Source of the DNA: Abditibacteriaceae bacterium
GTDB taxonomy: Bacteria > Armatimonadota > Abditibacteriia > Abditibacteriales > Abditibacteriaceae
Direction of reading: 5' to 3'
Assembly (NCBI GenBank): GCA_965277285.1
Contig: OZ255721.1
Location: forward strand, 1,376,001-1,440,000
DNA: 64,000 nt
In this document: one piece after another, positions 38,743 to 49,115 of the stretch
Layout of the letters: every line of letters begins with the position of its first letter
How positions within the stretch are numbered: position 1 is the first letter of the stretch
Notes under the pieces: generated by a model
Databases searched by the model: none
The model's input: only the letters and a program-made list of their open reading frames with translations
Told to the model about the DNA's origin: nothing
Translations under genes and position numbers: made by a program

Positions 38743-39477
38743 TCAAGATAGCAGATACGCCGTCAAAGTTCCACCAACGTTTTTCGCTTCGGCTTCGACC
38801 GAGTTCGCCTGCTCGCGCGCATATTTCACGGCTTGCGTCAATTTTTCGATGCGCTCCAGCAAGGTTTGCTTGCGCGGAACTGGCAGCGCACCACTTTGCT
38901 TGACGGTATCCCAGTAACCGACGACGACATCTTCGGTAATCATTTGCGTTTGCGCCGGATGTTCGGTCGTCGCGGGATAAAGCACCAAAGGTTTCTGCAC
39001 TTTCTTGGTGCGCTGCGTTGGAATCGCGGCGGTTTTGAACAATCCCGAATTTTCGTCGCGGTTCCAATCGTCGGTTTCGTCCAAGGCGGGCAGCTTTTCC
39101 ACAAAGGTGTGCAAATCGCCCAATTGCTTTTCCAAAAACAACAAATATGTCGCGGGCGCGGCTTCGATCAAAGTCTGGCCATCGACAATGACGTTGGCGT
39201 GCGCGTGGCAATTGGCGTAATCTTTGGTGGCCGTTACGTCCATGATCTCGGTCAGCAGCTTGCCGATTTGTCCTAAAACTGTTTCGGCTTCGAACTGAAC
39301 TTTTTTGCGCTCCTGCGGATAATCTTCGCCTTCCTCGTCTTTTTTGCGATAGGTTTTGACGAAGCCGTTAAACAAATCCGGCTTTTGCGACGCTTTGTGC
39401 ATTTCGCTGATTTCGCCATAAACGCGCGATTTCACGCCTTTTTCCACCGCCACAACTTGATTCAATTTCTGTGTCAT
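38743..39477 (-). CDS. conserved-looking hypothetical protein (KLNQ.VAVEKG.KS N-terminus) directly upstream of the two tRNA mimics
   Basis: 244-aa soluble charged ORF with RBS GGAG; no catalytic motif I can assign. Confidence 0.85.
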   Translation of the reverse strand: MTQKLNQVVAVEKGVKSRVYGEISEMHKASQKPDLFNGFVKTYRKKDEEGEDYPQERKKVQFEAETVLGQIGKLLTEIMDVTATKDYANCHAHANVIVDGQTLIEAAPATYLLFLEKQLGDLHTFVEKLPALDETDDWNRDENSGLFKTAAIPTQRTKKVQKPLVLYPATTEHPAQTQMITEDVVVGYWDTVKQSGALPVPRKQTLLERIEKLTQAVKYAREQANSVEAEAKNVGGTLTAYLLS

Positions 39478-39671
39478 GAGTTTTTCTCCCGATAATTGCA
39501 GAACGTTATTATAAGCTGATTTCGAGTACTCGAATTGAAAAATCGTTCGCGTAAGTTCCTCATGTTAACCAGGTGACATCAAATTTAATCTTTTCTTGAG
39601 TTGCTTTTAACCTTGAGTTGCATTTTCTTCACGATAATCCTCTCGTCTTTAAGTTTCGTGAGGTTTTGGTC

Positions 39672-40562
39672 ATGCATTTGTCAAGAAAAGGTTTGTCGCA
39701 CACACAACGAAGCACAACACAGCGCGGTTTTACGCTGATTGAATTGCTGGTGGTGATCGCCATTATTGCGATTTTAGCCAGTATTCTTTTTCCGGCTTTC
39801 GCCCGAGCGCGTGAAGCCGCACGTCGTTCAACGTGCCAGAGCAACTTGCGACAGTTCATGCAGGGCATCTTGATGTATGCCCAAGACAACGATGAAAAAA
39901 TGCCGCTTTCAATCAGCAGCACGGCGCAAATCGGCCCAGCAATCGCGGCAGCTAATGGCGTGCAGCCGTTTAGCGTTCCGGCGGAAATTATGACGTATAT
40001 CAAGAGCACGGAAGTTTTTCATTGCCCCGACGACCGGGGTTTCAGTTCTTATGGAGCCGCCAATACAGCCGGTGGCTTTCAAGTTCCAGCGGGAACCAGC
40101 GTTTTCGATGCGTATGGAACATCTTACAAGTTCACCAAAGAAAACTTCTCGATGGTTCCTTCCAGTTTCCCGGCTCCAACGAACCCGATGAAGTACACGC
40201 AGGTCAAATTGGGCGCTTCCGGCAACCAGGTCGCATCGCCTGGCGCAACAAGCGGTTGGACGGATCCGCCATTCCCGATGCCCTTGTCTTACTTCGCTCG
40301 TCCTTCCGACACGCGCGTTATGCGTTGCTTTGTGGCGCCCTGGGAAGTGCCGATTGCTGCCGACACGCCCAACGTAATGCACGATGCCGCCGATGTGATG
40401 GCCTTTGCCGATGGCCACGTCAAAACCATCATCAACAAAGTGCAATATGACAGCTACTGCGACGGCCCGACCTATTCGCCGGTGCGCAAAAACGATCAGC
40501 CCAACTACAACGCCGCTGGCGATGGTTCCTGCAACACGTCGGGACAAGAACGTCGCAGCTAA
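39672..40562 (+). CDS. DUF1559 / prepilin-type N-terminal cleavage-methylation, H-X9-DG domain protein
   Basis: [38 protein letters not shown]. Confidence 0.9.
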   Translation: MHLSRKGLSHTQRSTTQRGFTLIELLVVIAIIAILASILFPAFARAREAARRSTCQSNLRQFMQGILMYAQDNDEKMPLSISSTAQIGPAIAAANGVQPFSVPAEIMTYIKSTEVFHCPDDRGFSSYGAANTAGGFQVPAGTSVFDAYGTSYKFTKENFSMVPSSFPAPTNPMKYTQVKLGASGNQVASPGATSGWTDPPFPMPLSYFARPSDTRVMRCFVAPWEVPIAADTPNVMHDAADVMAFADGHVKTIINKVQYDSYCDGPTYSPVRKNDQPNYNAAGDGSCNTSGQERRS

Positions 40563-40647
40563 AGCCAGACAATCAAAGCGCGGAACTTAGAAAATCGAGT
40601 ACTCGAATTGAGTACTCGATTCTTCGTTTAGAACGCACATCCCATTT

Positions 40648-42261
40648 ATGAACATCAAAAACACCGATTCTTTACCAACTTCCGAGACGCCCAACGTATC
40701 GCGGCGCGATTTTCTGCGCGCTGCGGGTGGCGTGACGTTTCTCGCTCTGGCGCCAACCGCGCAAGGGTTTTTCGCCTTACTCGCCGAAGCAAAAAGCGCC
40801 AAACCCAGCGCCAACGACGCGACTTTCATCCACAACACGGCGAATTTGCCCGCCAAAATGCCGCTCTTTACGGCCTTGCCTTACATCCAGCCGGGCGCCT
40901 CGAGCAAGCTGATCGACGGTCAGGAAGCGATTGTTATCGCGTGGCAAACCGAATATCTGCCCGCCGATTTCGAGATTACATTCGGAATGGGTAAGAAACT
41001 GAACCAGACGGCGCAAATCGCGCGCACCGAACGTTGGTCGGGCGACCCGAACGACGATGGCGAAAAGCGTTTCAATTATGCCGCGACGTTGTCCGGCCTC
41101 AATCTGGGGCGCGAATATTCGTATCGCGTGCGCGGTAACAATCAGACGATTATGGAAGGCTACTTTTCGACGCGCAAGCCACGCGGATCGAGTACTCGAT
41201 TTGTGGCGTTTGGCGACAATTCCTTTGGCGACATCAGCGACCGCGCGATTGCCTTTCAAGCGTATCAGGCGCGCCCCGACTTCGTGATGAATACCGGCGA
41301 CAACGTTTACGACAGCGGCTTGGACAACGAATATGCGCGCTACTTTTTTCCGGTTTACAACGCCGATCAAAGCGGGCAACGCACCGGCGCACCGCTTTTG
41401 CGCTCAGTTCCATTTTACACCGTCATCGCCAACCACGACGTTCACGACAAGGACGCGCTCAAGCATCCGGTCGTCGATTTTAGTAAATATCCCGATTCGC
41501 TGGCTTATTTCACCAATATGCACTTGCCGTTGAACGGGCCGACACCATCGCAAATCGTTCCAATTCAAGGCGACGCGATTTACATAGACGCTTTTCAGAA
41601 AGCGGCGGGCGAACGTTTCCCGCGCATGGCGAATTATTCCTTCGATTACGCCGACTGCCACTTCTTGTGTCTCGATTCCAACTTGTACGTTGACCCGACC
41701 GACAAAACAATGCAGAAATGGATCGAAGACGACTTGAGCACGACCGATGCAATGTGGAAGTTCGTCGTTTATCATCATCCTGCCTTCAACGTCGGCGACG
41801 ATCATTATGCCGAGCAGCAAATGCGCGTTTTAATGCCTTTGCTGGAAAAGCATAAAGTTGACTTCGTGCTGAACGGACACGAGCATTCGTATCAGCGCGC
41901 CCAACCGTTGCGCTTTGTGCCAAGCGACGTGAGCGGCGCGCAAAACTTGGGATCGAAAAAACGTCTGGTGCCAGGAAATTTCACGGTTGACCACGCGTTC
42001 GACGGCAAAACCAACGCGCGCGCCGATGGCATTTTGCACATTGTAACGGGCGCGGGCGGCAAGCATCTTTATGATCCGGCGCACAACGAAAACCCTGTCG
42101 CGTGGCGCCATACGGAAGATAACAACGTGGAATACGTCAAGCACATGATTACTGACCGCCATTCGTTGACGGTTTTCGATGTCGCGGGACGCTCGTTGCA
42201 AATGACGCAAATCGACGAATGGGGCAACACCATCGACATGATTCGCGTTATAAAATCTTGA
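40648..42261 (+). CDS. Tat-exported metallophosphoesterase (purple acid phosphatase-like)
   Basis: SRRDFL Tat motif, FGD, TGDNVY, ANHD, HHP, GHEHSY. Confidence 0.88.
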   Translation: MNIKNTDSLPTSETPNVSRRDFLRAAGGVTFLALAPTAQGFFALLAEAKSAKPSANDATFIHNTANLPAKMPLFTALPYIQPGASSKLIDGQEAIVIAWQTEYLPADFEITFGMGKKLNQTAQIARTERWSGDPNDDGEKRFNYAATLSGLNLGREYSYRVRGNNQTIMEGYFSTRKPRGSSTRFVAFGDNSFGDISDRAIAFQAYQARPDFVMNTGDNVYDSGLDNEYARYFFPVYNADQSGQRTGAPLLRSVPFYTVIANHDVHDKDALKHPVVDFSKYPDSLAYFTNMHLPLNGPTPSQIVPIQGDAIYIDAFQKAAGERFPRMANYSFDYADCHFLCLDSNLYVDPTDKTMQKWIEDDLSTTDAMWKFVVYHHPAFNVGDDHYAEQQMRVLMPLLEKHKVDFVLNGHEHSYQRAQPLRFVPSDVSGAQNLGSKKRLVPGNFTVDHAFDGKTNARADGILHIVTGAGGKHLYDPAHNENPVAWRHTEDNNVEYVKHMITDRHSLTVFDVAGRSLQMTQIDEWGNTIDMIRVIKS

Positions 42262-42291
42262 TTTCTGCAGTTTGCAAGCATTGCGCAAATT

Positions 42292-42333
42292 AAGAAAGCG
42301 GTCTTATCGAGTACTCGATAAGACCGCTTTCTT
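42292..42333. terminator. perfect 42-bp palindrome, probable bidirectional terminator, centred on TCGAGTACTCGA
   Basis: AAGAAAGCGGTCTTATCGAGT|ACTCGATAAGACCGCTTTCTT between convergent genes. Confidence 0.7.
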
Positions 42334-42415
42334 GTTAGACGTTTGGTTCAGCAAGACTTTTACTTATACAGCGCGAAAATCTTTGCCGACCTTCCCCACT
42401 TTTACGAACGAGTTA

Positions 42416-42862
42416 CTACTTTTTCATCTTCGGCGCTGGCACGGCACCTTTGCTGTTCATCTTGTGACCAGCGGCGCCACTGCTCATTGCGCTGTTGCTG
42501 GTTGCGCTATTACCAGTTGCACTGTTGCTCATCGCACTATTATCCGTGGCACTGTTACCAGTTGCACTGTTGTCCGTGGCACTGTTACCAGTTGCACTGT
42601 TGTCGGCTGTGCTGTTGCTTGTGCTGTTATCGGTTGCGCTGTTGCTTGTGCTGTTATCGGTTGCGCTGTTGCTTGTGCTGTTGCCCGTGTCGGTGCCAGC
42701 GATGGATTTGTCATCAGCTTTGTTCATCACTGGCGACTGGATGCTGGGAGACACACCATTGCTATCGGCATTGTTGCTGTCGCCACTGCCGCCGCAACCG
42801 GCCAAGCCCGTCATTACTGCGCCAACTCCCATCCACATGACCCACTTTGAAACGTTCTTCAT
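42416..42862 (-). CDS. low-complexity lipoprotein with (NSATD/NSTS) repeats
   Basis: Lipobox LAGC, RBS GAGGAG, 15/30-bp internal repeats. Confidence 0.8.
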   Translation of the reverse strand: MKNVSKWVMWMGVGAVMTGLAGCGGSGDSNNADSNGVSPSIQSPVMNKADDKSIAGTDTGNSTSNSATDNSTSNSATDNSTSNSTADNSATGNSATDNSATGNSATDNSAMSNSATGNSATSNSAMSSGAAGHKMNSKGAVPAPKMKK

Positions 42863-43156
42863 TGTCCTAATCTCCTCAATAAACGCGGTTTATTGAATAT
42901 TGCGCGCCTCATAAAACGAGACGCCTGACGTATGTTACCATAATCCCCTTCTTGTGACAGTTCGGCCATTTAAATTAACTCAAGGCGCTCCTATTTTCGT
43001 AAGCGTAATGTAGGAAGCGACGAGCAAAATATCTTAAGTCGAAATCCGTTCGGTTGTTCCTCGGTTGGGCTTCTAAACCGTTTGAGTTTGGTCGTTCGTT
43101 TGCTCGCGTTTGTCCAGTGTCTATGACGACGCATTTTCAGGTGGTGGAAGGAATTT

Positions 43157-44143
43157 ATGGAATATGTCAATCTTGGAAAAAGTGGCTTGAAGGTTTCTCG
43201 CTTGTGTTTGGGTTGCATGACGTATGGCGTTCCCGAGCGTGGCGCGCATCCTTGGTCACTGGATGAAGAGCAAAGTCGGCCTTTCTTTCGGCGCGCATTG
43301 GAATTGGGCATCAACTTTTTCGACACAGCCAATGTTTATTCCGACGGCACCAGCGAAGAGATTCTGGGGCGCGCAGTGCGGGAACTGGCGAAGCGCGACG
43401 AACTCGTGATTGCGACCAAAGTGCATGGGAAAATGCGCGCGGATGCCAACGGCGGCGGTTTATCGCGCAAAGCGATTCTGACAGAAATCGACAACAGTTT
43501 GCGGCGCCTGCAAATGGATTATGTCGATTTATATCAGATTCATCGCTGGGATGCGCAAACGCCGATTGAGGAAACGCTCGAAGCCTTGCACGATGTCGTC
43601 AAAGCCGGCAAAGCGCGCTATATTGGCGCTTCCTCAATGTACTCGTGGCAGTTCGCCAAAGCGCTTTATCTGGCCGATTCAAACGGATGGACGCGCTTCG
43701 TTTCGATGCAAAATCATTACAATTTGCTGTATCGAGAAGAAGAGCGCGAAATGATGAAGTTGTGCGAAGACCAACAGATCGGCGTGATTCCGTGGAGTCC
43801 TCTGGCGCGCGGGCGTTTAACGCGCCCTTGGGAAACCGAACCGAGTACCAGCCGCGCTGGAAGCGATGAGTTCGGCAAGATGATGTATCGCACGATGGAA
43901 GACGCTGACCGCCGCGTTGTCGAGCGCGTTGCTGCGCTGTCCACTGAGCGCGGCATTCCGATGGCGCAATTGGCGCTGGCCTGGATGCTGAGCAAGCCAT
44001 TCGTGACCGCCCCGATTGTCGGCGCTTCCAAACCTCATCATCTGGAAGATGCAGCAGCAGCCTTGTCAGTCAAGCTTTCCGCAGACGAAATTGCGTCACT
44101 CGAAGAACTTTACGTTCCTCATCCCGTGCTGGGATTTTCCTGA
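43157..44143 (+). CDS. aldo/keto reductase
   Basis: LGKSGLKVSRLCLG, FDTANVYSDG.SEE, DLYQIHRWD, WSPLARG. Confidence 0.93.
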   Translation: MEYVNLGKSGLKVSRLCLGCMTYGVPERGAHPWSLDEEQSRPFFRRALELGINFFDTANVYSDGTSEEILGRAVRELAKRDELVIATKVHGKMRADANGGGLSRKAILTEIDNSLRRLQMDYVDLYQIHRWDAQTPIEETLEALHDVVKAGKARYIGASSMYSWQFAKALYLADSNGWTRFVSMQNHYNLLYREEEREMMKLCEDQQIGVIPWSPLARGRLTRPWETEPSTSRAGSDEFGKMMYRTMEDADRRVVERVAALSTERGIPMAQLALAWMLSKPFVTAPIVGASKPHHLEDAAAALSVKLSADEIASLEELYVPHPVLGFS

Positions 44144-44206
44144 TTTTATTTCCCTGCTTTGAGACTGGACGAGCGCATCGAGTACTCACATCGAGTACTC
44201 GATGCG

Positions 44207-45508
44207 CTATTTTTTGTATTGGGCGAGAAGTGCGCGTGCTTCTTTCATGCGTCCCGCAACGACTAAGGGGAAAAAGGTGGCGAGTTTCGCACTGACGACG
44301 CTGTTGCCGACGTATTTTTTTCGCAGCAGATACCATTCGACGGGCAAGCGCAGATCTTTGGCGTTTGAAGAAAAAGCTGGCTCGAGATGTTGTTTGCGCA
44401 GTTGTTGCGTGACTTCCAGATCGCGGTAGCCGAACTCGACTGAAGGCTCAATTTGCGTTCCTTCGCCCCAATCGTTCCACGTCGTGAGCTGCACAATGGT
44501 CGCCTTGCTGAGCAACGCTTTGTTCAAGGTGTCTTTGTAAGTTTGACCAGATTGGTCGTCAATGCTGCCCCAGGATTTGCCGATACCGGCTTGAACGTAG
44601 ATGTCGTTGAAGCGCGGATAAGCGCTCGCAATGAACAGCGGCCAGCTTTTAGCGCGATCATAAAAACCGTCTTGTTCTTTCAAAGCCCCGCTCAGTCCGC
44701 TATTTGGAATTGGCCAATCGAAGCCGCCGACCGCCGCCGTTTTAGCCAAAAGATCATGTTCCGTGAAGTAGAGAGGTCGGGTTTGGAGAACCGAAAATAT
44801 CTGGTTCCACTGCGCATCATTGTAATAAGGCGTTCCGAAGGTCAGGAAAACCGGTCGGTTGCCGAATTTCAAGTAAGCAGGGCTGGAGAAAAAATTCTTC
44901 TCGACCCATTGCATCATGCGCTGAGCGTGTGGAACCGCATCTGTCTCTGCGAACACTTTGCCCTTGATTTCATTGGGCACCGTCTGATCTTCGTAACACA
45001 GCGCGAAATGCAAACCGGCCTGCTGCAAAAATGGTATTAAGCGCTGCGTATTGCGATTGTTGATGCCGTAATCGAAATAATCGTCGTTGCCGTACCAGTC
45101 GACGATGACGCCATCAATGCCCGCCAGCTTCATCAACAAGACTTGGCACTGCAACGCGTCGGGATCGTTCGAGTCATAAAACCCGATCAGCGGATGGTAA
45201 TGCGACGCGCCATCGCGTTGTCCATTCGCGGACACACGTTCGGGATCGAAATGGTTCATCGTCCAGTGCCATCCCCAACTTCCGCTCACTTGTTTGCTGG
45301 CATACCACGGCATATAGTGCGCCATCAGAAAACGCTTGGCAGGAACCGTTATGGTCATAGAAGTAGCACTCGCAGGCGCAGCCGTGACAGGCTTTGGTGC
45401 ATTGTTGGCGCGGACACCGCAGCCACACAATAATATGGCTGAAGCTACTAACGTGTTCCAGGCGCCAAATCCGCGTTTGCCGGGTGCGTGGCTGAAAGAT
45501 GAAGTCAT
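44207..45508 (-). CDS. GH99/GH71-like glycoside hydrolase, exported
   Basis: AHYMPWY, YDSND, GIDGVIVDWYG, TWNDWGEGTQIEP. Confidence 0.8.
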   Translation of the reverse strand: MTSSFSHAPGKRGFGAWNTLVASAILLCGCGVRANNAPKPVTAAPASATSMTITVPAKRFLMAHYMPWYASKQVSGSWGWHWTMNHFDPERVSANGQRDGASHYHPLIGFYDSNDPDALQCQVLLMKLAGIDGVIVDWYGNDDYFDYGINNRNTQRLIPFLQQAGLHFALCYEDQTVPNEIKGKVFAETDAVPHAQRMMQWVEKNFFSSPAYLKFGNRPVFLTFGTPYYNDAQWNQIFSVLQTRPLYFTEHDLLAKTAAVGGFDWPIPNSGLSGALKEQDGFYDRAKSWPLFIASAYPRFNDIYVQAGIGKSWGSIDDQSGQTYKDTLNKALLSKATIVQLTTWNDWGEGTQIEPSVEFGYRDLEVTQQLRKQHLEPAFSSNAKDLRLPVEWYLLRKKYVGNSVVSAKLATFFPLVVAGRMKEARALLAQYKK

Positions 45509-45644
45509 ATTTCATTCTTCCTTTTCCAAACAGTCGAAGTTGATTTCAAACTTTGTTGGAATTCGCCGTTCATTATTCACGGCAAAGCTTCATCGAGTAC
45601 TCGATTGCGAAAAATTGTCGCGTAAAGTTCAGTAACTTAATGTG

Positions 45645-45684
45645 AAATGCAGCGCTCGTTTTTATCGCACGAGCGCTGCATTTT
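45645..45684 (-). terminator. Rho-independent terminator
   Basis: AAATGCAGCGCTCGT..ACGAGCGCTGCATTT. Confidence 0.65.
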
Positions 45685-45718
45685 AGGAACAACGAGTTTT
45701 TGCAGCGTGTGAAACGCC

Positions 45719-45973
45719 TTACTGCGTCTTGCTCCCTGATTGCTGCATTGCTTGCGCTTGACTTTTCGCCATCTCCTGCTGCTGAGCTGTTTGTTGTTGA
45801 ACGATAGCGGGAGCGTTGGGATTTCCGGCCCCCGCAGGCGCCGCAGCCGCCGTGTTATCGGCATCTGACGAGCCGCTGCAACCACCAACTGCGATCAGAC
45901 ACAGTGCCGTAACCGCCGCGAACAACAGAAACGTTCGCTGCAAGGTGTCATTCGCGTGCAGGAAGAGTTTCAA
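45719..45973 (-). CDS. small lipoprotein, paralog of 48512-48784
   Basis: RBS GGAGG + TTG start overlapping the DUF1559 stop; lipobox VGGC. Confidence 0.65.
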   Translation of the reverse strand: MKLFLHANDTLQRTFLLFAAVTALCLIAVGGCSGSSDADNTAAAAPAGAGNPNAPAIVQQQTAQQQEMAKSQAQAMQQSGSKTQ

Positions 45974-46785
45974 TAGGCACCTCCATAAGCTCCCTGAACC
46001 CAGATGTTCTTGTACCAATTGATGCCGCCCTTGCGAATCGATTTGACGTGACCATCAGCAAACAGGAAGTTGCTGGTCTCGAGGTGACGATAGCGCGGCA
46101 TCATTGAGGCGGTGTTCCAAGTTCCGCCGTATACAGGCGCGCTGGAACTGGCAGCGTCATCAGTATCGTAATTGACATCGATATGGTCGGGATACGTGAA
46201 GTTGTTGTTCGCGTTGCCGCCGCCGCTTGCCGTCCACATACCTTCCCAAGTTTGGAACTCAAGCCAGCTCGAATTGCCGTTGTGCAGGCCTTTTTCACAA
46301 ACCAAAACAGTGTCCGATGGCGCATCGACGACAGCTATCGAAATCGACTTGGGCGTCTGCGTAGCCGGATAGAGGTAAGGCCGACCGTCTGTCATCAGGC
46401 TGTAATTCGCACCATATAGCCCGGGTTGAGGAGACGCGCTGGGACAATCCCAGACTCCGCCAGCACCACTGATGCGTCCACTCGCATACGCATCACCACT
46501 CTTGATGTATGGACTGACAGCTTCATACCAACGCACTTCCTGGCCGGCATCGTTGTTGAAATGGAGCATGGGATACTGCTCGTCGAATTCCTGCGTGTAC
46601 TGCGTGATGGCGATGCCGATCTGCTTCATGTTGCTCGAACAGCTTGTGCGGCGCGCGCTTTCGCGGGCTTTGGCAAAGGCGGGAAACAAAATCGCCGCCA
46701 GAATCGCAATGATGGCGATAACCACCAGCAGTTCGATCAAGGTGAAACCTTGCGCTTTCCGGTTCTTTGAAATGACAGTTTTCAT
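45970..46785 (-). CDS. DUF1559 / prepilin-type H-X9-DG protein
   Basis: [36 protein letters not shown]; start MKTVISK. Confidence 0.9.
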   Translation of the reverse strand: MKTVISKNRKAQGFTLIELLVVIAIIAILAAILFPAFAKARESARRTSCSSNMKQIGIAITQYTQEFDEQYPMLHFNNDAGQEVRWYEAVSPYIKSGDAYASGRISGAGGVWDCPSASPQPGLYGANYSLMTDGRPYLYPATQTPKSISIAVVDAPSDTVLVCEKGLHNGNSSWLEFQTWEGMWTASGGGNANNNFTYPDHIDVNYDTDDAASSSAPVYGGTWNTASMMPRYRHLETSNFLFADGHVKSIRKGGINWYKNIWVQGAYGGAY

Positions 46786-47002
46786 TGGTTTTCTCCAAAC
46801 GTCATGGTCGTGGTGCCAATTCGCACCAATTTCATCCAGAGCATCGTTGTCGAGTACTCGATCTTCAACCCTCGTCGTAGCTGAGAACATTCGGGCGTTT
46901 GAACACTTGGCTTTCGCAGGAAACATCCCGCTCAAAGGAAAACTTTTCTTTTTACCGCAACATTATGTCAACATTTGTTGCGGCTATTTCACAAGAGCGA
47001 TG

Positions 47003-47044
47003 CTTGTCCAAGTTTCCTTGTCCAAGTTTCCTTGTCCAAATTTT
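47003..47044. repeat. 14-bp tandem repeat x3 (CTTGTCCAAGTTTC)
   Basis: Directly visible; lies between regulator stop and DUF1559 start. Confidence 0.8.
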
Positions 47045-48231
47045 CAGGCCAACGCCAAAGCAGGATTTTTTGTCGCACCTCCTTTGTCTTCAACGTTTGC
47101 GGGCGCTGCGGTACTGCCGCGCACGATGAGGCGCGGCGAAAAATGCAGTGGTCGCTGGCGTTTCGATTCGGGCTTGCTCCGTTCCCTCATCAGGATTTCC
47201 ACGCTATGGCGAGCTATCTCCAATGTGGGACGGGCGAAAGTGGTAAGACCCGGATGCACAATACTACTGGCCGGATCGTTGTCGAAACCAAGAAGTGAAA
47301 TGTCGTGTGGTACACGGATTTCTCGTTCGGCGAACCAGCGCATTGCCGCCAGCGCGCCCGAATCGGAAACCGCGAAGATCGCTGTGGGATGAGGTGTGCT
47401 TTCCCACAACCCTCCCATTTTTTTGTAAGCCATGTCGTAGGACGATTCAAAGGATTGCGTCCCGCAATGAAAGATCGTGCCTTCCACGTCCATGCGGTTG
47501 CAACATTCCTCGAAGGCCTTGATTCTGTCCAAAATACTGCCGTTTTCTTCCGGCTCATTGACCATCAGCGTAACGCGTTGATGTCCCAGCCGCGCCAGGT
47601 GTTCGAGGCCCAACTTCATGCCCAAAGCGTTATCCACTCCGATGTAAGCACCGGGATAATCGTTCATGCACTCGTCAATGTTGACCGTGCGATAACCACG
47701 CGCCTGAAGCGCTTCGTGTAACTCGCGCGTGGCAGCTCGCATATTGCCATACAAAACAACGCTGCCTTCTTGTGGCGAAAAATCCAGCGTATGAAAAGCG
47801 TCGGCCACGTTCTGACCTTTGCGCGTATGAAAAACCTGCAGGCGACAACCTTTTTCCCAACACGCTTCGTTCAAGTGCTCCAACATGCCAGAAAGCGCTG
47901 GAGAATCCCACTCGGGCAGAAACACGCCAATTTTGAAGGCCATGTTTTTATCCAGAGCAGCCTGCTGTGTCTTGCGCACAAAGGTGCCTTTGGCAACACG
48001 TCGCAAGAGCACGCCTTCGCTTGATAGGTCGGCGAGAGCACGGCGCACCGTGACCTGCGACACCTTGAACTCCTTGATGAGAACCGCTTCAGTCCAAAAT
48101 TGCTGACCGTCCTCAAAATGCTCATCCAAAGCCTGCCGCAAAGCACGACGGACTTGAGCGTGCAGCGGCATACTGCTCGCCGGATCAATAATAATGCTTT
48201 GTAAAACATTTACGGAAGGTTGACGCGCCAT
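47044..48231 (-). CDS. GntR-HTH / LacI-type sugar-binding fusion regulator
   Basis: VSQVTVRRAL..L..EG.L.R..KGTFV; DN..G..L..LGH.R, PTAIFA.SD, P.DIS..GFD. Confidence 0.9.
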   Translation of the reverse strand: MARQPSVNVLQSIIIDPASSMPLHAQVRRALRQALDEHFEDGQQFWTEAVLIKEFKVSQVTVRRALADLSSEGVLLRRVAKGTFVRKTQQAALDKNMAFKIGVFLPEWDSPALSGMLEHLNEACWEKGCRLQVFHTRKGQNVADAFHTLDFSPQEGSVVLYGNMRAATRELHEALQARGYRTVNIDECMNDYPGAYIGVDNALGMKLGLEHLARLGHQRVTLMVNEPEENGSILDRIKAFEECCNRMDVEGTIFHCGTQSFESSYDMAYKKMGGLWESTPHPTAIFAVSDSGALAAMRWFAEREIRVPHDISLLGFDNDPASSIVHPGLTTFARPTLEIARHSVEILMRERSKPESKRQRPLHFSPRLIVRGSTAAPANVEDKGGATKNPALALA

Positions 48232-48511
48232 AATGAAAATCTCGGCTTTGTTATATGCTTATAAGAATAGGTGTAAGATCATTATGCCCCTTTTCCAAAT
48301 TTTTCAAACACTTGAATGCAAATTTTTTATTGGGACGGAGAATTTTGGTAAAGCGGCAAAAATTTCACTGAAAATAGAACCCAGGCTGGTTCAAAAAACT
48401 AAAAGTTCAACAAAGTCCAGGTGGCACAAAACAAAATACAGCGCCCGTGTTAATCATACGGGCGCTGCACATTTCAGGAACAATATTTTCTACAGCCGAT
48501 GAGCGGCTTTA

Positions 48512-48784
48512 CTACTGCGGTCTTCCAGCATTGGGGTCCGGAGCCTTTGAAGTGCCGCCTTGCGGAGCGCTTCCTGGAGGGCCACTTGGCGGGCCGCCTG
48601 GAACGCCGCCTGGCGCACCTGCCGCATTGCCACTTGGAGCACCTGTCGCTGGTGTCGCCGCATTATCGGTGTCAGATGAACTGTTGCTGCAACCACCAGC
48701 TGCCAGCAGGCACAACGTCAAGGCTGCTGTGAACAACAGCAACGCGCGCTGTAAGGTGCGATCTACATTGTGAAAAAGTTTCAA
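48512..48784 (-). CDS. small Pro/Gly-rich lipoprotein, paralog of 45719-45973
   Basis: RBS GGAGG + TTG; TLQR..LLF.A...LCL.A.GGCS shared with paralog; hairpin downstream (about 48439-48468). Confidence 0.65.
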   Translation of the reverse strand: MKLFHNVDRTLQRALLLFTAALTLCLLAAGGCSNSSSDTDNAATPATGAPSGNAAGAPGGVPGGPPSGPPGSAPQGGTSKAPDPNAGRPQ

Positions 48785-49115
48785 TTTACGCCTCCGCGTT
48801 GATGAACGACTATAACATGGGTTTTTATGTGCCCTTGGTTTTGCATCTTCGGGTTTTTGCTGTGCTTTAAGGAACAGGACTTTTGCAGGACTTTCGGTCG
48901 CACCTCCTGTTGCGTTCAGCTCTTGCAAACACCGCAGTACTACTGTAGACAATCAACTTGAAAATCAACAAGCGCCCGCATTTCGACATATTCTACTAAA
49001 AATTGGAAACACATTCACTGCGCACAAAATGCGGCTGCAAAGCTGCGTTACAATCAGGAAGAAACTTTAATTTGTTGGCTGCCTATTGGCTGCATACAAG
49101 GTGACGATGACGCAT

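Noticed and set aside
42343..42896. Cys-rich and Leu/Val-rich ORFs on the + strand
   Set aside because: Antisense shadows of the repeat-rich lipoprotein, which has an RBS and lipobox on the minus strand.
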